Positions 20,381-29,902 of a stretch of DNA of 64,000 bases are shown piece after piece (the stretch's first letter is position 1; every line of letters starts with the position of its first letter). Made by a program: the position numbers and the translations under genes. The DNA is from Candidatus Multivoradales bacterium. GTDB taxonomy: Bacteria > Acidobacteriota > Thermoanaerobaculia > Multivoradales > Multivoraceae. The stretch covers positions 2,688,001 to 2,752,000 of the forward strand of contig CBDCWI010000002.1 in the NCBI GenBank assembly GCA_965223325.1, read 5' to 3'. A model generated the notes under the pieces. It was not told where the DNA came from, ran no database searches, and worked only from the letters and a program-made list of their open reading frames with translations.

Positions 20381-22290
20381 ATCGCGGTAGGAGCGCCGGT
20401 TGCCCGGCGCCCCCCGCACAGATCCCAGCGTGCACTGCTAATGCACTGGGCTCCTGCCTCAGGTATTGACGACAAGTCGCTCATCAGGCCAGGGATGTTG
20501 GACTCGGGCTTTGGGTAGGTAGTGGGCCACCAGGGCCCACATCCGTTTCCAGGACGTGCGGTCTTTGTCACTGCGTCGGCGCAGAGCGCGCATCCAGTGC
20601 CGAATGACCTCCTGTCGAAAGGCGTTCAACGCCGCTGAGTTGCCGGGTACGCCGTAGTAGGCATTGAAGCCTCGCACCACGGATCCCAGCCAGAGACCTT
20701 GCTCTGGTAGCGGCGAGTGTCGGTGTCCCAGAAGGGCCGTACCGACAGCCTTCAGTGTCCTGCGGATTCGGTGGCGGCTCGTGATGCGCTTCAGCAAGAA
20801 CCTCCCTCGACTAGACTGCGCACAGCAGTGCGTAAAGCCTAGAAACTCGAAGGTCTCCGGCCGCCCGAGACCTCGCGCGCGTCGGTTGTAGGCCGCAAAG
20901 CGGCCAAACTCCAGCAGGCGCGTCTTCTCGGGTTGGATCTCCAACGAGAAGTCACGGAGTCGCAGGTTCAGTTCCTCGAGGAATCGTTCTGCCTCCTCCT
21001 GCCTCTCAAATCCAACGATGAAGTCATCCGCGTAGCGCACGAAGATCATGTCCCCAAGCGCGTTGCGTTTCCTCCACTGCTGGACCCAGAGATCGAGCAC
21101 GTAGTGCAGGTACACGTTCCCGAGGAGAGGCGAAATCGTCGCCCCCTGAGGAGTCCCCCGCGTGCTCGCGTGCCACTTACCGTCTTCCATCACTCCGGAC
21201 CTCAGCCATTTCTGGATGAGGCGAAGGATCCTACGGTCTCCGATACGGTGCTCGAGAAACTTCACCAGCCACTCGTGGTCCAGGGCATCGAAGAACCCAC
21301 GAATGTCTGCGTCGAGCACCCAGTTCACCTTCCGCTTTGTGATTCCAACGAATAGCGCATCCAAAGCATCGTGCTGGCTGCGGCCTCGCCTGAATCCGTA
21401 TGAGTACCCGAGAAAGTCTTCCTCGTAGATCGCATCCAACACCGAGACGACGGCGCGCTGAAGGATCTTGTCCTCCAACGTGGCGATGCCAAGCGGTCGG
21501 AACCGCCCATCCGATTTCTCGATGTAGACGCGACGAGTCGCACTCGCCCGGTAGCTCCCACGGTGGACACGAGAGTGCAGGTCCTCGAGATTGCTCAGCA
21601 AAGATTCTGCGTACTCGCTCCATGACACTCCGTCCACTCCTGCCGCTGCGTCTCGGTGCAACACGTCAAATGCGCTCCGGAGTCGCTCGACCGTGATGTG
21701 GTGAAGAAGCGCTGTGAACTTCACTTCCTTGCCCCTGCGGGCGGCTTCTCGTACACGGCCCAGCGCATTGCTCGCACTCTCCATCCGGCTCTGTGTCCGG
21801 GGTGCGTTTTGCTTGCCCGTGTTCCCCTTGGCCAGGCCCCTTCCCTCCACCGCCTCCGCCGCTGGTCTCCCACCGTTGTTCGACGACTTCGCAGGTACTA
21901 CGGGCCTGTCTGACTTCCGCCATCCGTGCGTCATCGGCTTACGGCCTCTAGCCTTCCCGATGCGGACCAGATACCCAACTGGCCAGATCGCGGATCTCCC
22001 GGTTCTCGCGCATGGAGATTCCACACATGCACAGGGTCTACGACCGCGGGGAGTCGCCGCAGAGCTCGCGATAGCGCGCTACGGAGTCTCGCCTTCCGCT
22101 TCGCTTGACAGCGTCGGCACTCCCAAATTCTTATTTCGCGGCTCAATACCCGGCCTGTGTGTGCCCCTGTCAACGCTTCACCGCACCCTCGCGGGAGCCG
22201 GCGCATGACTCGGGGACCCTCTGGGTCGCTACCCCTTCGAGGGTGGGACTCTCTCATTCCTTTCTCCATGCCGGTTTATCCCGGCGTATC
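20381..22290 (-). mobile_element. Group II intron (1910 bp), resembling bacterial class E, no endonuclease domain
   Basis: Removing 20381-22290 restores the repeat unit exactly (gccgcg|caagcggtcc). On the minus strand there is a DV-like hairpin 'GAGCCCAGTGC...GCACGCTGGGATC' and DVI ending 'CCTACCGCGAT'. Putative EBS1 CAAGCG (22102-22107) is complementary to the 5' exon end CGCTTG. Class assignment is inferred from the IEP termini. Confidence 0.93.
20459..21934 (-). CDS. ltrA: Group II intron reverse transcriptase/maturase
   Basis: RT motifs 'RPLGIATLEDKILQ', 'SYGFRRGRSQHDA', 'DADIRGFFD', 'GTPQGATISPLLGNVYLH', 'RYADD', 'FLGF'; ends 'HPWPDERLVVNT' with no HNH domain. Likely start MTHGWRKSD; the ORF is open to 22024. 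Confidence 0.95.
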   Translation of the reverse strand: MTHGWRKSDRPVVPAKSSNNGGRPAAEAVEGRGLAKGNTGKQNAPRTQSRMESASNALGRVREAARRGKEVKFTALLHHITVERLRSAFDVLHRDAAAGVDGVSWSEYAESLLSNLEDLHSRVHRGSYRASATRRVYIEKSDGRFRPLGIATLEDKILQRAVVSVLDAIYEEDFLGYSYGFRRGRSQHDALDALFVGITKRKVNWVLDADIRGFFDALDHEWLVKFLEHRIGDRRILRLIQKWLRSGVMEDGKWHASTRGTPQGATISPLLGNVYLHYVLDLWVQQWRKRNALGDMIFVRYADDFIVGFERQEEAERFLEELNLRLRDFSLEIQPEKTRLLEFGRFAAYNRRARGLGRPETFEFLGFTHCCAQSSRGRFLLKRITSRHRIRRTLKAVGTALLGHRHSPLPEQGLWLGSVVRGFNAYYGVPGNSAALNAFRQEVIRHWMRALRRRSDKDRTSWKRMWALVAHYLPKARVQHPWPDERLVVNT

Positions 22291-22494
22291 CAAGCGGTCC
22301 GTTGGGCGGGCCGGGTGCACCAGCGCTCGCCCTGCACTTGCGGCTCAGCACTGCGATCATCCCTCGCGCGCGGCGGATTCCTGCCTCCGATGAAACGAAC
22401 GACTCCGGATCCAGGACTGCGGGTGGGCGGCGCGCACCGCTCGAGCCTTGGCTTCGATAGAACGGTTCTACCCCCCTTTTCGGCAAGCCGGAGT

Positions 22495-23652
22495 TCAGAG
22501 TCCGGGTTGGGGCTCGTCGGTCTCTGTCTCGGTGGCCTCGCCTTCGGCGAGCCGGCCTAGAGTTGTGAGTTCGCCGGGGTTCTCGAGCCATAGGGCGGCG
22601 CGGAAACTGGCCCAGGCGAGGAGTGCACCGGCGTAGCCGTCGATGGCGTAGTGCCACCCGGTGGCGACTGAGCCAAAGAAGGTCAGGGCGACGCCTACGA
22701 CTGCGAGGGCCCAGAGGGGGCGCATGGTGCGACGGATCCAGAGCATCAGGAGGACGTGTGCTCCGACGTGCAGGCTTGGCATCGCAGCTACCCCGAGCAG
22801 GGGGTTGAACTGTCTGAGGTTGCCTTGGTCGCGACCGCGCACGATGCGCTGGTAGTTGCTCCACAACCCCTGCTGCATGTTGGTCGCCCTCGGTAGGTCT
22901 GCGCGAGAGGCCTCGACCGAGTCCGGATATGCGTAACAGGGGCCGACGGCTGGCAGCGCCATGTACATCCAGGCGCCCAACATCCAAAGCAGCGCGCAGG
23001 AAAGAATGAAGCTGCGTCGCAGACGCTCCCGCCGCGCACAGGTCAGGAAGGCGACTAGCCACACCACCGTGGTCAACCAGAGGCCGTACCAGCTATCGAG
23101 GAACCCGGCGAGACTCGTTCCGCCGAGGAGGTTGGCGAAGAACACGTTCGGCTGCACGCCGAGATGAAGGACTCGATCGATCGACCAGAAGCTGGCGTCG
23201 TAGAGATCGCTTCGCACCAGCGGCACCGACACCTTCACCCATGTGTAGGTGTAGAAGAGAAGCGCATAGCAAACGTAGAGCCTGAGCCAGGCGAGGTACC
23301 AACGCGGCGTTCGCAACACCTCCAGGTAACGTTCGACCGGTAACGGACTCCTCTGCCAGACCGACGCAGCGACCATCCAGGCGAAATGTGCGAGAACACC
23401 CAGCAAGATGAGACGCGGTGCCGCGTTCACGAACGGCCCGAGTGTGTAGCGGAAGGTGACCCAGTCGACGTTCAGCCCTTGACTGCGAAGGAACAGCACC
23501 GAACCCAGGAAGATGGTCCACACCACGATCTCGAGCGGCCACGGCCGCAGCCAGCGCCGAAGGCTCAGCGCCTCAGGATCCGTCGGCTCCGTCGAGTCAT
23601 GCGACGAGCGGACCCCTACGTCGGGTGCAGCACCGTTTTCGTCAGGCGTCAT
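22495..23652 (-). CDS. PAP2-superfamily membrane protein (AUR1/inositolphosphotransferase-like)
   Basis: 'PAVGP', 'AAMPSLHVG', 'GWHYAIDG' motifs, multiple TMs. Confidence 0.82.
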   Translation of the reverse strand: MTPDENGAAPDVGVRSSHDSTEPTDPEALSLRRWLRPWPLEIVVWTIFLGSVLFLRSQGLNVDWVTFRYTLGPFVNAAPRLILLGVLAHFAWMVAASVWQRSPLPVERYLEVLRTPRWYLAWLRLYVCYALLFYTYTWVKVSVPLVRSDLYDASFWSIDRVLHLGVQPNVFFANLLGGTSLAGFLDSWYGLWLTTVVWLVAFLTCARRERLRRSFILSCALLWMLGAWMYMALPAVGPCYAYPDSVEASRADLPRATNMQQGLWSNYQRIVRGRDQGNLRQFNPLLGVAAMPSLHVGAHVLLMLWIRRTMRPLWALAVVGVALTFFGSVATGWHYAIDGYAGALLAWASFRAALWLENPGELTTLGRLAEGEATETETDEPQPGL

Positions 23653-23802
23653 GGGTCGACTCAGAAGGAAGGGGGGAGAACGGAGGGGCGTACGGAGGGG
23701 AGCGCCGAACAGCGCCGGGCGAGTATGGCGCAAGGCGCGCGCGCACGTCGAGCGCATACGTTCCACAGTCGAGCCACCTGGCTGCCACAATCATCGCCCA
23801 CC

Positions 23803-25134
23803 ATGGCGAGCATGAGCACAAGACCGAAGTACTGCGCCGGGGCGCTCGTCGCCTGCCTTGCGGCTCTCGCGCTCCTCTCCTGCCGAGCTACCGAAGAAGC
23901 GACCGAGCGCTCGCTAGCGCGCGCCCCGGTCGCCGCGACCACACCCGCAGATCCTTCGACTTCTCATACGGGATTTCTCCATGGCCGCATCACCACCCGT
24001 GACGGCTCGTCCATCACCGGCCGCCTGCGCTGGGGCGGCGACGAGGAAGCCTTCTACGACAACTACTTCAACGGCTGGAAGGCCGAGAACCCTTGGGCGC
24101 ATTTCGTTCCGCCGGAACGACTCACCGAACGAACCGTCGTCGAGATCTTTGGCATTCAGGTCAGAGAGCGAGAACGCCCCCTGAAGCTCGAACGACCGTT
24201 CATGGTGCGCTTCGGCGACCTTTCTCACATTGAAGTCGAAGGCAACGACATTCGGGTGACCGCAAAGAACGGCACGACCTTCACTCTCGACCGCCTCAAT
24301 GCAGATGACATTGCAGACGGCGTACGCGTCTGGGACAGTGGGGGCCGCTCGACCGACCTCTCGGAACCTCAGATCCGCAGGGTCGAGATTCTGCCCGCCG
24401 TAACGACCGGTCCGGTGCCCACTCGCTTGCATGGCACGGTGGACACCAGCGAAGGCGACTTCACTGGCTTCATCCATTGGAACCGGAGAGCCTCCGTCGA
24501 CACAGACGAGCTCACCGGGCAAGGCGACGACGGCGATCTCACTCTTGCCTTCAAGGCCATCCGTTCGATCAGCCGCCTCTCCAGTGCCAGCGCGCGCGTG
24601 ACGCTACGTAACGGAAGCGAGGTCACACTTTCGGGTACCGAGGATGTTGGTCAGGGCAATCGCGGCATCGAAGTAGAAGATTCTCGCTTCGGCACCGTGC
24701 GGATCTCCTGGCAGGCCTTCTCTCGCCTCACCCTGAACGCCGCCGGCAGTGGACGCGCCTATGCCGATTTCCCGCCCGGCCAGGCACTCCAGGGCAACGT
24801 TGAGCTGGCTGACGGCGGTAGTCTGAGCGGGCGCCTGGTCTACGACCTTGATGAGAGCACGACCTTCGAGACTCTCGACGCGCCCTGGCGCGGCCTGCAC
24901 TTCAGCATTCCGTTCGGGTTGATCGCCACGATCACCCGCGATCCTGGGACCCCCGGGCACACCCGGATCAGCCTTCATGGCGGAGAAGAGCTTGAACTCG
25001 AAAACCACGGCGATCTTGCAGAAGACATCGCTGGGATCCTGGTCTTCACCACAGAAGACGCAGAGCCCGAGTACCTCGCCTGGAGCGACGTCACGAGAGT
25101 CGACTTCTCCTCGCCGGTTCAGGAAAACCGGTAG
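23803..25134 (+). CDS. Hypothetical lipoprotein with three internal repeats
   Basis: Lipobox-like 'ALLSC'; repeats 'HGRITTRDG..ITGRLRW', 'HGTVDTSEG.FTGFIHW', 'QGNVELADG..LSGRLVY'. Confidence 0.72.
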   Translation: MASMSTRPKYCAGALVACLAALALLSCRATEEATERSLARAPVAATTPADPSTSHTGFLHGRITTRDGSSITGRLRWGGDEEAFYDNYFNGWKAENPWAHFVPPERLTERTVVEIFGIQVRERERPLKLERPFMVRFGDLSHIEVEGNDIRVTAKNGTTFTLDRLNADDIADGVRVWDSGGRSTDLSEPQIRRVEILPAVTTGPVPTRLHGTVDTSEGDFTGFIHWNRRASVDTDELTGQGDDGDLTLAFKAIRSISRLSSASARVTLRNGSEVTLSGTEDVGQGNRGIEVEDSRFGTVRISWQAFSRLTLNAAGSGRAYADFPPGQALQGNVELADGGSLSGRLVYDLDESTTFETLDAPWRGLHFSIPFGLIATITRDPGTPGHTRISLHGGEELELENHGDLAEDIAGILVFTTEDAEPEYLAWSDVTRVDFSSPVQENR

Positions 25135-25183
25135 CCTCATCTCTGCCGAGAACTCCCCGCCCACAACCTCTGGGAGCAAGGCC

Positions 25184-25642
25184 ATGCGAACAACAAGCCT
25201 CCTGCTTGTCGCACTCCTCTCCTCGTCGGCCGTCGCCTGCTCAGACAACGCAACCAAACTGTCCTTTGCGATCGAACGTGCCGCTCAGGCTCACAGCGAC
25301 GGTGCGAACGACAACCAGCAGTCGATCGTCTACACACCGCGCAACGCTCCAAACGAACCGTACTTTCTGGTCTTCTTTCCAGATCGCGCCACTTCAGAGG
25401 TTCAACTGGAAGCTGCCGGACTGCCCCGCCCGCTGGTAGCGCGCATCTTCACTGAGATGGCCTACCTTCCCATCGGCCGATCACCCTTCCTGATCTTCGT
25501 GCGCGAAGGAGGGGACCTGTACTTCACGACCCATTGGACGCGGTTCGCTTCCGTCCCAGAGCCGCTGGTCGTCAACGCCAGCGGTCCGGTCGAGCTCACC
25601 ATCACGCACTCGGCCGATGGTGCCACCATCGGCTTGCCGTGA
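25184..25642 (+). CDS. Hypothetical lipoprotein
   Basis: 'MRTTSLLLVALLSSSAVAC' lipobox; GGAG RBS upstream. Confidence 0.65.
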   Translation: MRTTSLLLVALLSSSAVACSDNATKLSFAIERAAQAHSDGANDNQQSIVYTPRNAPNEPYFLVFFPDRATSEVQLEAAGLPRPLVARIFTEMAYLPIGRSPFLIFVREGGDLYFTTHWTRFASVPEPLVVNASGPVELTITHSADGATIGLP

Positions 25643-25819
25643 GCCGCTACCATCACCATCGACGATACCGGAGACCGGCTACGGGTCGCCTCCGAGCAGT
25701 GCAGGCGGAGGCATCGCGGCAGAGCTCGAGCCACTGCGCCTGGTGAACCTCCCTACCGAAGCTGGTTGACCGGAGGGCCTTGATCTCATGGCCGCGGCGT
25801 GGCCGGCGACGGAGACGAC

Positions 25820-26788
25820 ATGAAAGCAATCGAAATCGAAGCGGGCGAGCTCGTCTGGCGAAGTGTTGACCCGCCGGCAATGGACAACGGTGACGTCCGA
25901 ATTCGCGTCCATGCTACCGCCGTCAACCGTGCCGACCTTTCCCAACGCGCCGGTGCCTACCCTCCGCCACCTGGAGCCAGCCCGATTCTCGGCCTGGAGT
26001 GCGCCGGTGAGATCATCGAAGTAGGCGCCGAGGTTCAGGGTTGGAAGGTCGGGCAGACGTGTTGCGCGCTGCTCGCCGGTGGGGGCTACGCCGAAGAGGT
26101 CGTTGTACCAGCTGGACAGGTCCTCTCGATTCCCGCCGGCTCGAGCATGGAGGAAGCGGCGGCACTGCCGGAGGTCTTCTCCACCGCCTGGCTCAACCTC
26201 TACCGCGAAGCCGCCTTGCAACCCGGCGAGCGCGTAGTGCTCCATGCCGGCGCTAGCGGTGTCGGCACCGCGGCGCTACAACTCTGCCGCATGACCGGGA
26301 ACCCGACCTTCGTCACCGTCGGCTCAGAAGCCAAGATCGAGGCCTGCCGCAACTATGGTGCCGACGCCGGATGGAACCGCCACGAGGGCTCGTTCGCTGA
26401 AGCTGTCCGTGAGTGGAGCGGCGAAAAGGGGGTCGACGTCATTCTCGACCCGGTTGGCGCGGGCTACCTCGCCGACAACTTGCAGGTCCTCGGCAGCGAC
26501 GGGCGGCTGGTGGTCATCGGGCTCCTGGGAGGCACCAGCGCCGAGGTCAACCTCGGGCTGATGATGGTGAAGCGTGTACGGGTGATCGGATCGACCCTGC
26601 GCGCCCGTCCCGTTGCCGCCAAGGCTGCGATCATTCGCGACCTCCGAGAGCGCGTTTGGCCAGCGATCGAAGCCGGCGAGATCAAGCCGGTGATCGAAGA
26701 GGTGCTGCCGATCGTGGAGGCCAACCGCGCCCACGAGGTCATCGCCGGCAATCAGACGGTCGGCAAGGTCATTCTGAAAGTGACCTAG
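25820..26788 (+). CDS. NAD(P)H-quinone oxidoreductase, PIG3 family (MDR)
   Basis: 'AVNRADLSQRAGAYPPPPGASPILGLEC', 'HAGASGVG', 'GSTLRARP'. Confidence 0.93.
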   Translation: MKAIEIEAGELVWRSVDPPAMDNGDVRIRVHATAVNRADLSQRAGAYPPPPGASPILGLECAGEIIEVGAEVQGWKVGQTCCALLAGGGYAEEVVVPAGQVLSIPAGSSMEEAAALPEVFSTAWLNLYREAALQPGERVVLHAGASGVGTAALQLCRMTGNPTFVTVGSEAKIEACRNYGADAGWNRHEGSFAEAVREWSGEKGVDVILDPVGAGYLADNLQVLGSDGRLVVIGLLGGTSAEVNLGLMMVKRVRVIGSTLRARPVAAKAAIIRDLRERVWPAIEAGEIKPVIEEVLPIVEANRAHEVIAGNQTVGKVILKVT

Positions 26789-26882
26789 AGAGCCGCTGTG
26801 ATCAAAAAGTGAGATCCGCGTGACCGACGTGAGATCTGGCTACCGAAGACTGTTGACCCCGACCACCTCCCAAGGAGTCTTC

Positions 26883-27587
26883 ATGACCAAGCGCACCCCT
26901 TTCGTTCTCTTCACCCTGTTCCTTGGCCTGATGGCGATGATCGCTGCCCCGGCCACCGCCCAGGAAGATGCCACCACCAACCACCACTCCTGGAAGAAGG
27001 CCAAGTTCCGCGTCACGATCACCAACCTCACGCGCGCCCAGGTGTTCTCACCGCCGGTGGTCGTCTCCCATAACTCCTCCGTGGCGCTCTTCGCGGCAGG
27101 CGACGCAGCGTCCGATGCCCTGGTGGCCATGGCCGAAGACGGTCAAACCGCTCCGCTCGTAGCCCTCGCGGAAGGCACGGCCGGAGTCAGCGGTGTCGCA
27201 GCCGCCAGCGGTCCCGTCCTCCCCGGAGCCTCGCTGAGCGTCGAAGTCTCCGGCCGGGTGAACCACCGCATCACTGCAGTCGGCATGCTGGTGAACACCA
27301 ACGACACCTTCTTCGGTCTCAGCGGAGCGGCAGCCCCCTGGAGTCGCCGCGCCGCCTACCGCTACGACGTGCCGGCCTACGACGCTGGCAGCGAAGCCAA
27401 CAACGAAGAGTGCGGGTTCATCCCCGGCCCAGCGTGCGGTGGCGCCGGGGCCGGCGTGCGTGCGCCCGAGGGCGCAGAGGGCTACGTCTACATCTCGAAC
27501 GGCGTGCACGGCATTGCCGACCTCGATGAAGCCGCCTACGACTGGCGCAACCCGGTCGCCAGAATCGTCGTCGAGCGCATTCGCTAG
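26883..27587 (+). CDS. Secreted spondin_N-domain protein
   Basis: Signal peptide; 'VTITNLT...FSPP', 'MAEDG', 'MLVNTNDTF', 'YDAGSEANNE'. Confidence 0.85.
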   Translation: MTKRTPFVLFTLFLGLMAMIAAPATAQEDATTNHHSWKKAKFRVTITNLTRAQVFSPPVVVSHNSSVALFAAGDAASDALVAMAEDGQTAPLVALAEGTAGVSGVAAASGPVLPGASLSVEVSGRVNHRITAVGMLVNTNDTFFGLSGAAAPWSRRAAYRYDVPAYDAGSEANNEECGFIPGPACGGAGAGVRAPEGAEGYVYISNGVHGIADLDEAAYDWRNPVARIVVERIR

Positions 27588-27617
27588 ATCGACAGACACG
27601 AAGTCGTCGGCCCAGGA

Positions 27618-27657
27618 GCCCCGGTATCGCCCCGCCGATGCCGGGGCCTTTCCCTTT
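27618..27657 (+). terminator. Probable intrinsic terminator
   Basis: Stem gccccggtatcg / cgatgccggggc followed by ctttcccttt, 30 bp after the spondin gene. Confidence 0.6.
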
Positions 27658-27801
27658 CGAGTCATTCCACGTCTACGCTCGACGGCGTCGGGCTTTCGAA
27701 TCCGAAGCAACGCCCACAGGCGATCGGCACGGTCGACTACACTGCCCTTGATCGGCCCTTCCTGGGGTTTGGACAGAACGACAACGGAAGGCAGGAACGG
27801 C

Positions 27802-28491
27802 ATGACCCTTCGCACTGCAACAACCGGCAAAGGCCACTTCGCGGCCCTGGTCCTCCTGTTGATTCTCACTCCGGGAGTGGCAACGGCGACGGACGATGCG
27901 GTCGAGTTCGAGGGAGTCGATGGGTCTGTCTACCAGGGCACAGCGTGGAACGCGGGAGGCAGCGCGGGTTTCATTCTGCTGCCCCAGTGCGAACGCGACC
28001 GCTCGATGTTCGGTGACCTCGGTGAGCAAATCGCTGCGGCTGGGTTTCGTGTGCTCGCGGTCGACCTGCCGAACAACACCGAGAGTGACGATTCCAGGGC
28101 TCTCCTCGACCAGGCCGCTGAAGCCGCCTTCGCGCACCTCGGTCAGGCCACGGCTGTCCTCGGTGCCGGTTGCGGCGGCGGCGCTGCCGTTCGTCTCTCG
28201 AAGGCACACCCTGAGATCACCCACGTCGGCTTGCTTTCGGCCGGGCTGTCGGCGCACGAGGAGCGCGATGCCCTGCAGCTTTCGGGGCGCCAGCTCCTGC
28301 TGGTTGCCAGCAAGGGAGACGGCCCTGCAATCCGCCCCGCGGGAACTATCGCCTACCGAAAGGGCCGCCGCTCAGCCAAACTCAAAACCTACGACGGCGA
28401 CCTCCGCGGCGCCGCCCTGCTCGAGGAAGACCCGCAACTGATCGAATTCATTTCCCGATGGTTCGCGCCGGCACTCGAAGACACTCCCTGA
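27802..28491 (+). CDS. Secreted alpha/beta-hydrolase-fold protein, catalytic residues apparently degenerate
   Basis: 'AAAGFRVLAVDLP', elbow 'LGAGCGG', 'LLLVASKGD'. Confidence 0.65.
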   Translation: MTLRTATTGKGHFAALVLLLILTPGVATATDDAVEFEGVDGSVYQGTAWNAGGSAGFILLPQCERDRSMFGDLGEQIAAAGFRVLAVDLPNNTESDDSRALLDQAAEAAFAHLGQATAVLGAGCGGGAAVRLSKAHPEITHVGLLSAGLSAHEERDALQLSGRQLLLVASKGDGPAIRPAGTIAYRKGRRSAKLKTYDGDLRGAALLEEDPQLIEFISRWFAPALEDTP

Positions 28492-28513
28492 CCCGCTGCA
28501 GCGCTACCTTCCG

Positions 28514-29902
28514 CTAGTACCACTCGGGAGCTTCCAGAGCTTCGTCCGGGTCGCTTCTGGCAACGAGCATGGCTTCGAGATCGGCGTCGAGTTCGGCCGC
28601 CAGCGGCGCGGGAACAAGCCGCGGCGCTCTACGGGCGAGCAAGGTGCGAATGCGTTCGAACCATCCGGCTGGTCGGGGTTCGGCCGGGGGAAACTCGCGC
28701 GCCAGTTCAGAAGCGGCTTCTGGCGCGAAGTCGAGCCCGCCGAACGCAGCGAGACGGGCCAGGCACGCCTGCGGTTCTTGCTCGAGCTCCCGGCGGGTTA
28801 GAGGGAGAACCCCGCTTGCTACCCGGTCCAGGGTTCGGTCGGTCATGGCCTCGAGGAGCGCTCTCCAGGCGGCGGCCAGGCGCGCTTCTCCGTAGACCGG
28901 GTGCGCTACGAGATCGCGCGCTTCGGACAACGCTAGCGACTCATCTTCGAGACACGTCAGGCGAAACCTGTCGAACGCCTGTGACGGCTGGTCGAGGAAA
29001 ACGAGTACACGCTTCTCACTGTAGTCCTCGAGGGCAAGCTCGGGCGGGCTGGGATCGTGGAGGTGGAGATCCAACGAGCCCGCCGACCTAACGATCGCCG
29101 GCGCAGCCTCCGCCGACGTCGGCAAGGCATTGCGCTCGAGGCACGAGGCCAGAGCGTGCCCGCCGCAGCCCGGCTGCGAGAGCACGACGAGGTGGGCGCC
29201 CCGAAGGGCCGCTCGACGCTCGGCAGTGCGCGTCTTCAGGTCGTGCGGGCGCCAGCGATGATAGGGGTTGTCGCGCACATCTAGATCGATGCGCGAAGGT
29301 TCGATGCCATGCTTCCAGGCCACATAGTGAAAGCTCACCTGGTCGCGCGAGCTTCCGGCTTCGATCTCGCTCCACCATTCTTCCGAGAGGGCCACGACGG
29401 CTGGATCGTGGTGGCGTCTTAGAATCACCATGCAAGCTGGAATGGAGAGCCCGTCGGGATAGCCCGCTTCGCGATAGCGGCTGACCTGCGCTCGCAGAAT
29501 CTCTGGGTCGTCTTTCCCGAGGCGAGCGCACGCCTCGGCCTCCTGATAGATGCTGCCGCGCCTCTCGGGATGTTCGAACATCACCACCGACTGCCCGCTG
29601 AGCTGGCTGGCGGCAAAGGCACCGAGGTCACCGCGAAGCTCGAGGTTGCCGTCGACCCAGACACTCCAGTCGTAAGACGGCAGGAAACGATGCGGCAGGA
29701 TCTTGGGTGCCTTGGCGCGCCGGACCGGAACGCCGCCCGCCGCGGCGGCGGGCAGCAAGCGCACATCCCAACCCTCGATCTGTCGGTCGGGGTTGTCAGA
29801 GAAGCACACCAGGTCACAGCCGCTCTGTTGGGCACGCGGCGGGCGCAGGTCATCGCAGCTACCGGCAACGGCGGTGTAGATCACACCGCGCTCTTCGGTC
29901 AC
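28514..29902 (-). CDS. DUF616 (TOD1/MUCI70-like) glycosyltransferase domain fused to a degenerate sulfotransferase-like domain
   Basis: 'VIYTAVAG..DDL', 'KILPHRFLP.YD.SVWVDGN', 'HPERRGSIYQEA', 'SSRDQVSF'; C-terminal 'VLSQPGCGGHAL...ELEQEPQACLARLAAF'. Confidence 0.75.
   Translation of the reverse strand: MTEERGVIYTAVAGSCDDLRPPRAQQSGCDLVCFSDNPDRQIEGWDVRLLPAAAAGGVPVRRAKAPKILPHRFLPSYDWSVWVDGNLELRGDLGAFAASQLSGQSVVMFEHPERRGSIYQEAEACARLGKDDPEILRAQVSRYREAGYPDGLSIPACMVILRRHHDPAVVALSEEWWSEIEAGSSRDQVSFHYVAWKHGIEPSRIDLDVRDNPYHRWRPHDLKTRTAERRAALRGAHLVVLSQPGCGGHALASCLERNALPTSAEAAPAIVRSAGSLDLHLHDPSPPELALEDYSEKRVLVFLDQPSQAFDRFRLTCLEDESLALSEARDLVAHPVYGEARLAAAWRALLEAMTDRTLDRVASGVLPLTRRELEQEPQACLARLAAFGGLDFAPEAASELAREFPPAEPRPAGWFERIRTLLARRAPRLVPAPLAAELDADLEAMLVARSDPDEALEAPEWY

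Larger units (their letters stand above)
19613..22453 (-). repeat. Tandem array A: 325-bp units (two complete, third interrupted by a group II intron and truncated)
   Basis: Units start at 19613, 19938 and 20263 on the + strand and are near-identical. The third is split at 20380/22291 and matches to 22453, with degenerate similarity to about 22469. Confidence 0.95.

Noticed and set aside
20459-21934. RT as a retron, DGR or defence (DRT) enzyme
   Set aside because: It is embedded in a group II ribozyme with DV/DVI and EBS1-IBS1 pairing; no TR/VR pair or msr-msd was seen.
22156-22165. 10-nt match GGCACACACA between the intron and array B units
   Set aside because: Short and low-complexity; compatible with chance.
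21931-22269. 112-aa ORF upstream of the RT
   Set aside because: It lies within ribozyme domains I-III of the intron, which are structural RNA.
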